DNA of 64,000 bases from an uncultured delta proteobacterium (GTDB lineage: Bacteria; Desulfobacterota; RBG-13-43-22), in contig CAVQFQ010000017.1 of the NCBI GenBank assembly GCA_963711835.1, positions 288,001-352,000 on the forward strand. Direction: 5' to 3'. A model generated the notes under the pieces. It saw nothing but the letters and a program-made list of their open reading frames with translations, was not told the DNA's origin and searched no databases. Positions 1-10,630 of this stretch are shown here, piece after piece (the first letter of the stretch is position 1; each line of letters starts with the position of its first letter). The translations under genes and the position numbers were made by a program.

Positions 1-351
1 CCCATCGATCTGGTCAAGAGCATCGGTGAAACGATCCTGAAGGGGGAACATGTCCTGATCGAAGATGCCTCAAGGGATTCCCGGGTGCAATATCCGGAAG
101 AGGCCCGTAAGGAGGGGATCGTTTCCATCCTGAGTATTCCCATGAAAGTGAAAGGCCGGGTCATGGGTGCCCTGCGCTTGTATACGGCTGAACCGCGTGC
201 TTTTTCACAGGAGGAGCACCTGTTTCTCTTCGGCTTTGCCGAGCAGGGGGCCTTGGCGGTCCAACGGGCCCGATCCTACGAAGAGGCCCAGCTCGAATAT
301 GAGTCCCTTCGTGAAAGCATCTGGGATTACTTTGACGACGGCTGGACGTAA
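1..351 (+). CDS. GAF-domain protein, 5' truncated by the window edge
   Basis: Frame open from base 1 (PIDLVKSIGETILKGEHVLIEDASRDSRVQYPEEARKEGIVSILSIPMKVKGRVMGALRLYT), a typical GAF C-terminal half; stop abuts the next ATG. Confidence 0.8.
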   Translation, partial: PIDLVKSIGETILKGEHVLIEDASRDSRVQYPEEARKEGIVSILSIPMKVKGRVMGALRLYTAEPRAFSQEEHLFLFGFAEQGALAVQRARSYEEAQLEYESLRESIWDYFDDGWT

Positions 352-1455
352 ATGGAGATCATCAAAAGCCCGGCTTTTTGGGAAAATATCATTGAAAGCT
401 CTCCGGATGCCATCGTGGCCATTAGAAAAGGCGGCGATATCATCATCTTCAATTCGGCGGCCGAGAAGCTCCTGGGATACCAAAAGATGGAGGTCATGGG
501 GAAAATGAACATCGTCTCTCTTTATCCCTATGAGATGGCCAAGAAGATCATGAAAGACCTGCGCTCCGAAGACTTCGGGGGGCCCGGGACACTGCTCAAG
601 CGGGAAATGGAATTACTGGACCAGGAGGGGAAAACCATCCCGGTGTATATTTCAGCAGCCATCCTATACCATAACGGCCAGGAAATAGGATCGGTGGGCA
701 TCTTTACCGACCTCCGGGAAAAGAAAAGACTGGAGAAGCAGTTGCTGCGAACGGAAAAACTTTCCTCCCTGGGCAAACTATCAGCCGGCATTGCCCACGA
801 AATCAACCAGCCTTTGACCGGTGTCCTGACCTTTGCCCATCTTCTTTTGAAAAAATTTAAAGAGGATGAAAAGACCCGCCGGGACCTGGAGGTCATCGTC
901 CGGGAGACGACCCGCATCAAAAACATCGTCCAGGGGATTCTGGATTTCAGCCAGGAGAGGGCCATGCAGAAGCGGGCGCGGCGCATCGAGGAGATCCTGG
1001 ATGATACCCTGGAAATCATCATTCATCAGGAAAAATTTTTCGGGATTAAGCTGGCGAAACAGTACAGCCCCAATGTTCCCCTGATCGTCGTGGACGAAAA
1101 CCGCATCGAGCAGGTCTTCCTGAATATCATCTTTAATGCCCTGGAGGCCATGAAAGGATCAGGCACCTTGGTGATCAAGACCCGCAAGAGCGACCATTGT
1201 GTGGAGATTGATTTTTCCGATACCGGGCCTGGCATTCCTGAAGCCATCCTGGACAGGATCTTCGATCCTTTCTTTTCCACCAAGGAGTCCACGGAAGGCC
1301 TGGGCATGGGGCTGGGGCTGGCCGTGAGCTATGGGATCATTAAAAACCACAACGGCGATATCCAAGTGACGAGCACACCCGGGAAAGGGACCACCTTTAC
1401 CATCCGCCTTCCCCTTCAGGAGAAAGACGAAGGCTTGGAGAGGGTGGTTTGCTGA
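352..1455 (+). CDS. PAS-domain sensor histidine kinase (NtrB-like)
   Basis: PAS (PDAIV..FNSAAEKLLGY), H-box AHEINQPL, N-box QVFLNIIFNA, DTGPGI, FDPFFSTK, GMGLGL. Confidence 0.95.
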   Translation: MEIIKSPAFWENIIESSPDAIVAIRKGGDIIIFNSAAEKLLGYQKMEVMGKMNIVSLYPYEMAKKIMKDLRSEDFGGPGTLLKREMELLDQEGKTIPVYISAAILYHNGQEIGSVGIFTDLREKKRLEKQLLRTEKLSSLGKLSAGIAHEINQPLTGVLTFAHLLLKKFKEDEKTRRDLEVIVRETTRIKNIVQGILDFSQERAMQKRARRIEEILDDTLEIIIHQEKFFGIKLAKQYSPNVPLIVVDENRIEQVFLNIIFNALEAMKGSGTLVIKTRKSDHCVEIDFSDTGPGIPEAILDRIFDPFFSTKESTEGLGMGLGLAVSYGIIKNHNGDIQVTSTPGKGTTFTIRLPLQEKDEGLERVVC

Positions 1456-3549
1456 TGCCGGATTCGACTGGCCCAATCCAGGTCATAAAAACCTCCTGTT
1501 CCCGCATGGACCACGGCGGCTGCGGTCTGTTGGTCGAGGTGTCCGAAGGGCGGATCCAACACATAAAAGGCGATCCCAGTTCCCCCATCAGTCACGGGTA
1601 TATTTGTCCCAAGGGTCTGGCTTCGTCGGATCGGACCGGTCACCCGGATCGCTTAAGGACCCCGTTATTGAGACAGGGGGCCCGGGGGGAAGGCCGCTGG
1701 AAACCGATATCCTGGTCCGAGGCCCTGGGCCGGATGGCCGAGGCCTTAAATCGCATCCGGAAAGAATACGGCCCGCAGGCCGTGGCCTTCGCCCAGGGGG
1801 CGCCTAAAGGGCTGGAGCATTTTGTAATGATTCGCCTGGCCAATTGTCTTTGGTTCCCCGAATGTAACGGGCCCGCAGAATGTCTGCCATATGCCGCGGG
1901 AATTGGCCGGGATGATGACCGTGGGTTTTTTCCCGGTCCCCGACTATGATTCCGACACCGCGTTGATCCTGAATTGGGGCAGCAATCTGCTTAGAAGCAA
2001 TGAAGAAGGAATCATTTCCCTCCAACTGATGAAAACCCTTAAAAAGGGTGCCGATCTGATCGTCATCGATCCCCGGAAAACCCATTTGGCTGAAATTGCC
2101 CAGAGCCATCTCCAATTAAAGCCCGGGAGTGACGGGGCCCTGGCCTTAGGCCTGCTTCAGGTCATCATCCGGGAAGGGTTATATGACCGGGCCTTTGTGG
2201 AGCAATGGACCACGGGTTTTGAGGCCTTAAAGGAATGGGTTAAGGACTATACCCCGGAACGGGTGTCCGATCTCACCTGGCTTTCTCCGGATGAGATCAT
2301 GCATACCGCCTGGATCTATGCCACCTCCCGGCCGGCCCTGATCCAGTGGGGCAATGCCATTGAGCATACCGCCAACAGTTTCCAGACCTGCCGGGCCTTA
2401 TTGGCCCTGATGGCCATAACCGGCAATCTGGATAGCCCCGGGGGAAACATCATGCCCACCATGCCCCCGGTGGCCCGTCTGGCCGACTTTGTCAAGGCCC
2501 AACTCCTTCCGGATAAGGTCCAGAAAATGATCAGCCGGGTCTCGCGGATAGCGCCCAATTTCATGATCGTACCTCCTCCGCTGGTTATCCGGGCCATCCT
2601 GACCGGGCAGCCCTATCCGGTTAAGGCCATGATTACCCAGGTCACCAACCCCCTGCTGACCTACAGCGACGGCCGGCAGACCTTTGATGCCTTGAATAAA
2701 CTGGACTTTCTGGCCGTCTCGGATATCTTTATGACCCCCACAGCGGCCCTGGCTGATATCGTTCTGCCTGCGGCCACCGGCTTCGAGTTTGACGACATCG
2801 GCCATTATGGACTGGCCCATGGCTGGATTGCCGCCCGGCCGAAAATCGTGGACCCCCCGGGCGAGGCCTGGCCGGATGTTAAAATTTTATCCGAAATCGG
2901 CCGGACCCTGGGGCACGAGGAACATTTCTGGGAGGATTATCACCAGGCCTTAGACGAAGCCCTGGCCCCTTCCGGCTTGACCTATGAGCAATTTAAAGAG
3001 ATAGGATTGTTGAGAGGGGAAAGGGCCTTCAAAAAATATGAGGCCAAAGGCTTTAAAACCACTTCCAAAAAAGTGGAACTCTTTTCGGAACAACTTCGGA
3101 AATGGGGATTTGATCCCCTGCCCTCCTTTTCCGAGACCCCGGAGGTTTCCCTGGAATATCCCCTGCTGGCCACCTGCCGGAAAAACCCCTTCTTTTTTCA
3201 TTCCGCCTACAGGCAATTGAAATCCCTGCGGGCTCGATATCCCGACCCCCGGGTGGAAATGCATCCTGAAGCGGCCCGGATAGTAGGGGTGGAGGATGGC
3301 GAGTGGGTCCGGATCGTAACCTCCAAAGGAGAAATCAGACAAAGGGTGGAGATAAGCGATCGATCGGATTCCCGGGTGGTCTTTGTGGATTATGGCTGGT
3401 GGTTCCCTGAAGCCGGCCCGGAATCCTTATTTGACTGGGATCGAGCCAACGTCAATGTCCTGACCAGCAATGATGTGTTGGGCCGCGAAATGGCCACCCC
3501 CAACCTGCGGGCCTTTCCCTGCCGGGTGGAGAAGATCAGCGGGGCCTAA
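1449..3549 (+). CDS. Cytoplasmic Mo/W-bisPGD oxidoreductase, acetylene-hydratase-like family; +1 frameshift at ~1845
   Basis: N-terminal CSRMDHGGC..CPKG FeS motif and HPDRLRTPL. Removing one T from GCCAATTGTC (1840-1849) gives RLANVFGSPNVTGPQNVCHMPRE and joins ORFs 1449..1949 and 1891..3549. DIFMTPTAALADIVLPAA and the C-terminal MopB-CT domain are present; no TAT signal. Confidence 0.85.
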
Positions 3550-3665
3550 TTTTTGAAAAGTTGTGGCACGAATGCATTATTGCCAGACCGGGGCCCGGGG
3601 GTCCGGGGTTTCCTTGCCCGGACGGCACAATAAGATAAAATGGCCAAAAAATTTGAGGGATCCTT

Positions 3666-4733
3666 ATGCGAGTAGCCATTAAAAAACGATCCAAAAAGGC
3701 CGGCCTGCCGCCGGGGACCCCCATTCATATCGGGGAGAAGAAAAGCGAAAGAACCCGGGTAACCCTTTTTGATTATGATGAGCAGCAGGTCCAGGAAAAA
3801 GAAATTGACAGCGTCGATGAGTGCCTGCTGTTTAAGGGGAGGCCGACGACGACCTGGATTAATGTGAGCGGATTGCATCAGGTGGAGACCCTGGAGCAAT
3901 TGAACGGATGTTTCGGGCTGCATCCCCTGGTTCTGGAGGATATTTTAAATACCGACCAGCGACCCAAGATGGAGGACTTCGGCGACTATGTCTATATCGT
4001 CCTGCGAATGCTTTATTTGGATAAAGAAAAGAAAAATGAAATTGTCAGCGAACAGGTCAGTATCATTCTTGGATCAACCTTTGTCCTGACCTTCCAGGAG
4101 AAGGAAGAAGATTTCTTTGAGCCTATTCGGGACCGCCTCCGCAACGGCAAGGGCCGACTGCGCAAGATGGGGCCCGATTACCTGGTCCATGCCCTGTTGG
4201 ATGCTGTGGTGGATCATTACTTCGTGGTCATGGAATCTCTGGGAGAATGGATTGAAGACCTGGAAGAGGAACTGGTCACCCGTCCGACGCCGGCCACCCT
4301 GCAGGTCCTGCATCACCTGAAGCGGGAGATGATTTTTTTACGCAAATCCGTCTGGCCCTTAAGAGAGGTGATCGCCGCTCTGGAACGGGGGGAGTCGCCG
4401 CTGGTTAAAAAAAACACCCTGGTTTATTTAAGGGATGTCTATGACCACACCATCCAGGTCATCGATACCGTAGAGACTTATCGCGACATGCTTTCCGGGA
4501 TGCTCGACATTTATCTCTCCAGTATCAGCAACCGTATGAACGAGATCATGAAGGTCCTGACCATCATCGCCACCATCTTTATTCCCCTGACCTTCGTCGT
4601 CGGATTATACGGAATGAATTTCAAATATATGCCCGAACTGGATTGGCCCTGGGGCTACCCTCTGGTCCTAATCCTGATGCTGGGCGTTACGGTCTTTATG
4701 TTATATTATTTTAGAAGAAAGAAATGGATTTAA
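3666..4733 (+). CDS. corA: Magnesium/cobalt transporter CorA
   Basis: GLPPGT N-terminus, HPLVLEDI, YGMNF signature, MPELDWPWGY loop. Confidence 0.97.
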   Translation: MRVAIKKRSKKAGLPPGTPIHIGEKKSERTRVTLFDYDEQQVQEKEIDSVDECLLFKGRPTTTWINVSGLHQVETLEQLNGCFGLHPLVLEDILNTDQRPKMEDFGDYVYIVLRMLYLDKEKKNEIVSEQVSIILGSTFVLTFQEKEEDFFEPIRDRLRNGKGRLRKMGPDYLVHALLDAVVDHYFVVMESLGEWIEDLEEELVTRPTPATLQVLHHLKREMIFLRKSVWPLREVIAALERGESPLVKKNTLVYLRDVYDHTIQVIDTVETYRDMLSGMLDIYLSSISNRMNEIMKVLTIIATIFIPLTFVVGLYGMNFKYMPELDWPWGYPLVLILMLGVTVFMLYYFRRKKWI

Positions 4734-6076
4734 AGAAACAAAAAGAGGACCGGAGGCAAAAGCAGACCCCCCTATTTCTGGAAATCATCCTGGACAGCAT
4801 TACCGAGGGCGTTTTTACCATCAACCGGACCCAGGTGATTACTTCCTTTAATCGGGCCGCCGAAAGGATCACCGGATTCCCCCGGGAAAAGGCCGTTGGT
4901 AAAAAATGTTTTGAGATTTTTCAGGCCGATATCTGCCAGGGGAACTGTGCCCTGGACCGCACCCTCGGCAGCGGAAAACCGATTGTTGATCTGCCGGTAA
5001 ATATCCTGACCGCTGAAGGGAAGACGGTCCCGATCAGTATTACTACGGCGGTGCTGAAGGACGGCCGGGGAAATTGGATCGGCGGCGTGGAGACCTTCCG
5101 GGATTTATCCATGCTGGAAGCCCTGCGCAAGGAAATCAGCCAAAAATATACGGTCGGCGACATCATCGGCAAGAGCGAGGCCCTGCAACGGATTTTTAAC
5201 CTGCTCCCGGATATTGCCCGAAGCGACAGCACGATTCTGATCCAGGGGCCCAGCGGCTCCGGCAAAGAACTTCTGGCCAAGGCCATTCACCAGTTGAGCG
5301 GCCGGGAAAACAAACCCTTTGTGGCCATCAATTGCAGCGCTTTCCCCGAAACCCTGCTGGAATCGGAGCTCTTCGGCTACGTCCGCGGTGCGTTCACCGA
5401 CGCCAAAAAGGATAAGCCCGGGAAATTCGCTCTGGCTGATTCCGGCACCCTCTTCCTGGACGAGATCGGAGATCTGCCGCTGCCTTTACAGGCCAAATTG
5501 TTGCGGGTGCTCCAGGAGAAGAGCTATGAACCGCTGGGCTCCAATGTCCCCAAGCCGGTTAAAGCGCGTCTGATCTCGGCCTCCAACAAAGACCTTAAAG
5601 AAGGGGTTGCCCGGAGGACTTTTCGGGACGATCTGTATTATCGATTAAAAGTAATCCAGATCAATTTGCCTACCTTGAAAGAACGCCGGGAAGATATCCC
5701 GTTATTGATAGATCATTTTATCCGGAAGTTCAATCTCCAGCAGGGGAAGAAGATCACCCAGGTTTCCCCGAAAGTCCTGGAGATTTTAATGAATTATGAC
5801 TACCCCGGAAATATCCGGGAGTTGGAGAATATCATCGAACATGCCTTTGTCCTCTGTCATGGTTCCGTGATCCAGCCTTCGCACCTGCCTCCCGAACACC
5901 AAAGAAGTTCCGCCGAACCGAGTTTGGGCCCGGTCCTGTCGGGGAAGAAATTAAAGGATCAGGAGCAGGAACTGATTCGAAAGACCCTGGAGAAATTTCA
6001 GGGCAACCGCTCCCGAACGGCCAAAGAATTGGGGCTTCATCCTTCCACCCTCTGGCGCAAGCTGAAGCGTTTTTAA
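4724..6076 (+). CDS. orpR: PAS-containing sigma54-dependent activator, OrpR-like
   Basis: PAS with C-x8-C-x3-C ([14 protein letters not shown]), [21 protein letters not shown], Fis-type HTH; directly upstream of the ORP-type cluster. Confidence 0.8.
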   Translation: MDLKKQKEDRRQKQTPLFLEIILDSITEGVFTINRTQVITSFNRAAERITGFPREKAVGKKCFEIFQADICQGNCALDRTLGSGKPIVDLPVNILTAEGKTVPISITTAVLKDGRGNWIGGVETFRDLSMLEALRKEISQKYTVGDIIGKSEALQRIFNLLPDIARSDSTILIQGPSGSGKELLAKAIHQLSGRENKPFVAINCSAFPETLLESELFGYVRGAFTDAKKDKPGKFALADSGTLFLDEIGDLPLPLQAKLLRVLQEKSYEPLGSNVPKPVKARLISASNKDLKEGVARRTFRDDLYYRLKVIQINLPTLKERREDIPLLIDHFIRKFNLQQGKKITQVSPKVLEILMNYDYPGNIRELENIIEHAFVLCHGSVIQPSHLPPEHQRSSAEPSLGPVLSGKKLKDQEQELIRKTLEKFQGNRSRTAKELGLHPSTLWRKLKRF

Positions 6077-6089
6077 TCGCTCCGGTTAA

Positions 6090-6136
6090 TATTGCAACTT
6101 GCACTCATTGCAATAGTTATTATTGCAAACCGCACT
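6090..6136. promoter_or_regulatory. Candidate upstream activator sites for the OrpR-like regulator
   Basis: TATTGCAACTTGCACT (6090-6105) and TATTGCAAACCGCACT (6121-6136), 31 bp apart, about 80-125 bp upstream of the sigma54 site. Confidence 0.55.
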
Positions 6137-6213
6137 ATTTCTCTCGTCTCCGGAATCCGCCCCTTTCAATCCAACAAATTTAAATAACACGATAAATTAA
6201 CCACAAGCCCGGA

Positions 6214-6228
6214 TGGCACATTTCTTGT
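6214..6228 (+). promoter_or_regulatory. Sigma54 -24/-12 promoter
   Basis: TGGCACATTTCTTGT matches TGGCAC-N5-TTGC spacing (GT at -12). Confidence 0.7.
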
Positions 6229-6298
6229 TACTTATAAGCGTGCTTGTATTGTAAAAAGCCATGTCAAACCAATCAAAGGATGGTTTAAAGAACCGACT

Positions 6299-6646
6299 AT
6301 GCTCAAGGTGGCTATCCCTGTTTTCATAGACCGCGTTTCCCCCAGGCTGGACTGCGCCCGGAGGCTGCTGGTTCTGAAAATTGACCGGGAGCGTTTAGTG
6401 GAGAAGGCCGAACTGGATATCAGTCACTGGCAACCGGAAGAAAAGATCACCCGGCTGAATCACCTCGGGATAAATCAGATTATTTGCGGGGGCATTCGCC
6501 AACAGGACCGGGCCGGCTTAAACCGTTTTGGTATTCAGGTGGCCTCTTCCATTTATGGAGAGGTGGACAGCATCATCGGAGACTATTTGCAGGGCAGGTT
6601 AAAGGGCTGCTGCTGTCGAAATAGAAAGAGAAAAGGAAGGGAGTAA
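6299..6646 (+). CDS. NifB/NifX (MTH1175-like) family protein
   Basis: KVAIPV..RVSPRLDCA..IICGGI pattern; Cys-rich tail. Confidence 0.8.
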   Translation: MLKVAIPVFIDRVSPRLDCARRLLVLKIDRERLVEKAELDISHWQPEEKITRLNHLGINQIICGGIRQQDRAGLNRFGIQVASSIYGEVDSIIGDYLQGRLKGCCCRNRKRKGRE

Positions 6647-6654
6647 AAACAAAA

Positions 6655-7017
6655 ATGAAACTGGCTATCAGTGCTAAAGGAAAGACTTTGGACAGTGAAA
6701 TCGATCCCCGCTTTGGGCGGTCCGGATATTTTTTGATCGTGGATTCGGATACCCTGGTTTTTGAGGCGATTGAAAACAAGCAAAACCTGCACCTGCCCCA
6801 GGGGGCGGGTATCCAGGCCTCTCAGACCGTTGTGGAAAAGGGAGCCCAGGTCCTGTTGACCGGAAATTGCGGGCCCAAGGCCTTTAAGGTCCTGCAGGCC
6901 GCCCGGGTTAAGGTGGCGGTGGGGCTTTCCGGTACGGTCCGGGAAGGGGTGGAACGTTTTAAAAAAGGTGAAATACCTTTTGCCGAGGCAGCCAATGTCG
7001 AAGGGCATTGGGGCTGA
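6655..7017 (+). CDS. NifB/NifX family protein, Orange protein (ORP)-like
   Basis: IDPRFGRSGYF, GAGIQA, TGNCGPKAF, ends ANVEGHW. Confidence 0.88.
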   Translation: MKLAISAKGKTLDSEIDPRFGRSGYFLIVDSDTLVFEAIENKQNLHLPQGAGIQASQTVVEKGAQVLLTGNCGPKAFKVLQAARVKVAVGLSGTVREGVERFKKGEIPFAEAANVEGHWG

Positions 7018-7117
7018 GAAAATTGGTGATTGCGGATTTCGGAATGGGCAATTAACTTTTCATTGATAGGGCAATAAAGAAAAATCTTTGATGCCCTGTA
7101 GAAAACAAGGAGGAAAT

Positions 7118-7324
7118 ATGCCGAGAAAAAACGGAACAGGCCCGGCTAAACCGGGCATGGGATTTGGGGCCGGTTTCGGCCGCGGAGCAGGTAAGGGCCA
7201 AGGGATGGGTGCCGGCGGGAACTGCCTCTGCACCAAATGCGGTCACAAGATCCCCCATGGTCAAGGGATTCCCTGTAATACCCAAAAATGCCCCAAGTGC
7301 GGGGCCTTGATGACCCGGGCTTAG
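7118..7324 (+). CDS. Small Gly-rich protein with Cys metal-binding motifs (DUF5320-like N-terminus)
   Basis: AGGAGG RBS before ATG 7118; MPRKNGTGP, CLCTKC..PC..KCPKCG. Confidence 0.75.
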   Translation: MPRKNGTGPAKPGMGFGAGFGRGAGKGQGMGAGGNCLCTKCGHKIPHGQGIPCNTQKCPKCGALMTRA

Positions 7325-7384
7325 GGGGATGATCCCGATCAACTCTATTTTGGAAAACTAAGGAAAAGAGAAAGGAGCACGATT

Positions 7385-8638
7385 ATGACAGGTTGTTCTC
7401 ATGGCGGATCTCAGTCCGAAAAGCCCGACTTAAAAAACGAGGATCTGCTTATCGAAAAATCGTTAAAAAAAATCAAGCATAAACTGCTGGTGATGAGCGG
7501 CAAGGGAGGGGTCGGGAAGAGCAGTTTGGCCGTTAATCTGGCGGTCGGATTGGCGCTGAAGGGATTTGAAGTGGGTCTTATGGATGTGGATTTGCACGGT
7601 CCCAGCATCCCGCGCATGCTTGGTCTCAATAGTCTGGCGTCTATTAAACCGGAAAAGGAGGCCATCTACCCTTTGCCCTTCCAGGATAAATTAAAGGTTA
7701 TCTCTATTGAGTCCCTGATGCCGGATAAGGATTCGCCGGTGATCTGGAGGGGTCCTTTAAAAATCGGGATTATCCGCCAATTTATCGCCGATGTGGTCTG
7801 GGGGGATCTGGATTTTCTGGTCATCGACTCCCCTCCCGGAACCGGCGATGAACCCCTGACCGTGGCCCAGACCATACCCGATGCCGAGGCCATCATTGTA
7901 ACGACCCCCCAGGAGATTTCCCTGGCCGATGTCCGGAAGTCCATCAATTTCTGCCGCCAGGTGGGCATGAAAATCTTAGGCCTGATCGAAAATATGAGCG
8001 GCTACACCTGCCCGCATTGCGGCCAGGAACTGGACCTTTTCAAAAAGGGTGGCGGGAAACAAACCGCTTTTACCATGGGGGTTCCCTTTCTGGGCAGTAT
8101 CCCTGTCGATCGGCAACTCATGGAAATGAGTGATCAGGGGCAGGCCTATCTGCTCCAGGAACTGAACCCGGAAGTCCGCCAGGCTTTGGAATCGGTAATG
8201 GCGAATATCCTAACCGGCGTCACCCTAAAAAAAGAGGAACCGGTTAAGCCGGTCCAAAAGGAGGAATTACCCACCATGATCAAGGAAGAGCTACCCCTAA
8301 AGGATTTGAAAATTGCCATTCCTCTGGCCGAGGGGGTTCTTTGCAACCATTTCGGCCACTGCGAACAGTTTGCCCTGATCGACTTAAAGGGCCAGGAGAT
8401 CACCCAGAAGGAGCTGGTCACCCCGCCTCCCCATGAACCCGGATTATTGCCGCGCTGGCTGGGTGACAAAGGGGTCAACCTGATTATTGCCGGCGGTATG
8501 GGCCAGAGGGCTATTACCCTTTTTGCTGAACGGGGGATCAAGGTAATGACCGGAGCCCCGCAACTCCCGCCCGAGGAACTGGTAGGTCATTTTGTCAGCC
8601 GAACCCTGACCACGGGAGCGAATGTCTGTGATCATTAG
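7385..8638 (+). CDS. mrp: Mrp/NBP35 Fe-S carrier ATPase fused to a C-terminal NifB/NifX domain (MrpORP)
   Basis: SGKGGVGKS, DVDLHGPS, WRGP, DSPPGTGDE, CPHC; C-terminal HFGHCEQF..PPHEPG..CDH. Confidence 0.92.
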   Translation: MTGCSHGGSQSEKPDLKNEDLLIEKSLKKIKHKLLVMSGKGGVGKSSLAVNLAVGLALKGFEVGLMDVDLHGPSIPRMLGLNSLASIKPEKEAIYPLPFQDKLKVISIESLMPDKDSPVIWRGPLKIGIIRQFIADVVWGDLDFLVIDSPPGTGDEPLTVAQTIPDAEAIIVTTPQEISLADVRKSINFCRQVGMKILGLIENMSGYTCPHCGQELDLFKKGGGKQTAFTMGVPFLGSIPVDRQLMEMSDQGQAYLLQELNPEVRQALESVMANILTGVTLKKEEPVKPVQKEELPTMIKEELPLKDLKIAIPLAEGVLCNHFGHCEQFALIDLKGQEITQKELVTPPPHEPGLLPRWLGDKGVNLIIAGGMGQRAITLFAERGIKVMTGAPQLPPEELVGHFVSRTLTTGANVCDH

Positions 8639-9473
8639 TATTGCCAGCGGGAAAGGGGGGACGGGGAAAACCAGTGTGGCCGTGGCCCTGGCGGCCTCTC
8701 TGAAGGGACCGGTTCAGTTGCTGGATTGTGACGTGGAAGCACCCAATGCCCATATTTTTATGAAGCCCCGGTGGGAGAAGAAAGAGACCATCTATGCCCA
8801 GGTCCCACTGGTCGATGAAGAGAAATGCACTTACTGCCGGGCCTGTTCTCAGTTGTGCCAGTTCAAGGCTATCCTGGTACTTGGAGAAACCATCCTGACT
8901 TTCCCCGAAATGTGCCATGCCTGTGGAGGCTGTTTTCTGGTCTGCGAAGCCAAGGCTTTAAGTCCGGGAGGGAAGGAACTGGGGGAGGTGGAAGAAGGCT
9001 GGTCGGGGCCCATTTATTTTGTCCAGGGCCGGTTGCGGGTTGGGGAGCCCATGTCTCCCCCGTTGATTCGTGAAGTCAAAAAGCGCATTAACGGGGATAG
9101 GGTGGCTATCCTGGATGCCCCTCCGGGAACCTCCTGCCCTGTGGTCCAGACCGTGAAAGGGTCCGACTTTACTATCCTGGTCACCGAGCCCACCCCCTTC
9201 GGGCTTTATGATTTAAAGCTGGCCGTCGGGGCCCTGGGAACCCTGGGTATTCCCTGCGGGGTGATCATCAACCGCTCCGATGTGGGGGATAAAAAGGTCC
9301 AGGCCTATCTGAAATCCGAAGGCATCCCCCTGCTGATGGAAATCCCTTTTGACCGCCGGATAGCCGAAGGCTACGCCCAGGGACGGTCACTGATTGAGGT
9401 GAAACCGGAAATGAAAAACAGTTTCCAGGAGCTCTTCCGGGAGATCAGCGTTCAGGTGGAAAGGGAGAGGTGA
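8622..9473 (+). CDS. MinD/ParA-like ATPase with inserted 2x[4Fe-4S] (ORP-complex ATPase)
   Basis: SGKGGTGKT, DCDVEAPN, CTYCRAC..C and CHACGGC..C, DAPPGTSC, TEPTPFG. Confidence 0.9.
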   Translation: MSVIISIASGKGGTGKTSVAVALAASLKGPVQLLDCDVEAPNAHIFMKPRWEKKETIYAQVPLVDEEKCTYCRACSQLCQFKAILVLGETILTFPEMCHACGGCFLVCEAKALSPGGKELGEVEEGWSGPIYFVQGRLRVGEPMSPPLIREVKKRINGDRVAILDAPPGTSCPVVQTVKGSDFTILVTEPTPFGLYDLKLAVGALGTLGIPCGVIINRSDVGDKKVQAYLKSEGIPLLMEIPFDRRIAEGYAQGRSLIEVKPEMKNSFQELFREISVQVERER

Positions 9474-9480
9474 GGGCCCT

Positions 9481-10359
9481 ATGTCCAGTAACGTCAAAGA
9501 AATAACGGTCTTGAGTGGCAAGGGAGGCACCGGCAAGACCAGCCTGGTGGGCGCCCTGGCCGCCCTGATTTCCGATAAGATCCTGGTGGACTGTGATGTC
9601 GACGCCCCGGACCTGCATCTCTTGTTGAATCCTGAGATTCAACAAAGAGAATCATTTATAGGGGGAAAGAAGGCGGTGGTGATTCCTGAGCTATGTACGG
9701 CCTGCGGCCGATGCCGCGAGGTCTGCCGCTTTGAGGCCATAGACGAAAATTACCGGGTGGATTCCACGGCCTGCGAGGGCTGCGGGGTTTGTCATCATTT
9801 TTGCCCCTTCGATGCCATTGAATTTTCGCCCACGGTTTGCGGGGAGTGGTTTGTTTCGCAAACTCGTTTTGGGCCTATGGTTCATGCCCAATTGGATCCG
9901 GGACAGGAAAATTCAGGGTTGCTGGTGGCCCTGATCCGGCAAAAGGCCCGGGATCTGGCCGAGGAGAAGGGCCTGCCCCTGATTCTGGTGGATGGGCCTC
10001 CGGGGATCGGTTGCCCGGTGATTTCCTCCCTGACCGGGGCCGATAGGGTTCTGATCGTCACCGAACCAACCCTATCCGGACTCCACGACTTGGATCGGGT
10101 GGTAGGTTTGGCCAATTATTTTAAGATCCCGGGATCGGTTTTGATAAACAAATTTGACCTGAACCGGGAGATGGCCGGTCGGATTGAAGCCTACTGCCGG
10201 GAGAAAGGCCTGGGGCTGGCCGGAAATCTGCCCTACGACCCGGCGGTAATCGAGGCCGTAGTCCATGGAAAAACCATTATGGAATGGAGCCGGAATGGCC
10301 TGGGGGCGGAAATTAAAACAATCTGGGGAAGAATTCAGGAGCACCTGCTCAAGGATTAG
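9481..10359 (+). CDS. MinD/ParA-like ATPase with inserted 2x[4Fe-4S] (second ORP-complex ATPase)
   Basis: SGKGGTGKT, DCDVDAPD, CTACGRC..C, CEGCGVC..C, DGPPGIGC. Confidence 0.9.
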   Translation: MSSNVKEITVLSGKGGTGKTSLVGALAALISDKILVDCDVDAPDLHLLLNPEIQQRESFIGGKKAVVIPELCTACGRCREVCRFEAIDENYRVDSTACEGCGVCHHFCPFDAIEFSPTVCGEWFVSQTRFGPMVHAQLDPGQENSGLLVALIRQKARDLAEEKGLPLILVDGPPGIGCPVISSLTGADRVLIVTEPTLSGLHDLDRVVGLANYFKIPGSVLINKFDLNREMAGRIEAYCREKGLGLAGNLPYDPAVIEAVVHGKTIMEWSRNGLGAEIKTIWGRIQEHLLKD

Positions 10360-10379
10360 GCAGGCGAGCAAGGGAACAG

Positions 10380-10545
10380 GGGCTACACCTTATGGGTGAT
10401 GCCTTTCCTGGATAATCAGTATCGGGGCATTTTCGCCACCCGGGCCCCCGGTCGTCCCAATTCCATGTGCCTATCGATTATAAGGTTGGTTTCGCTGGAA
10501 GGAGTGATTCTTCATATCTGTGGAGCCAATGACGTGGAAGTATTT
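10380..10545 (+). pseudogene. trmO: Internal fragment of TrmO/TsaA tRNA methyltransferase
   Basis: PFLD...RGIFATRAPGRPNSMCLS resembles the TrmO GVFATRSPxRPNPIGLS motif; N- and C-terminal parts missing. Confidence 0.65.
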
Positions 10546-10630
10546 TCCCTTGTGAACCTAAAGCGAATTTGCTATAAGAGTATCATTTCATAGAGAATAA
10601 TTGGTCAAGAAGCCAGAACAGGAGGAAAAG

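Noticed and set aside
3564-3585. TGGCACGAATGCATTATTGCCA as a sigma54 promoter for corA
   Set aside because: No GC at -12 spacing; it is only a short inverted repeat with no second copy.
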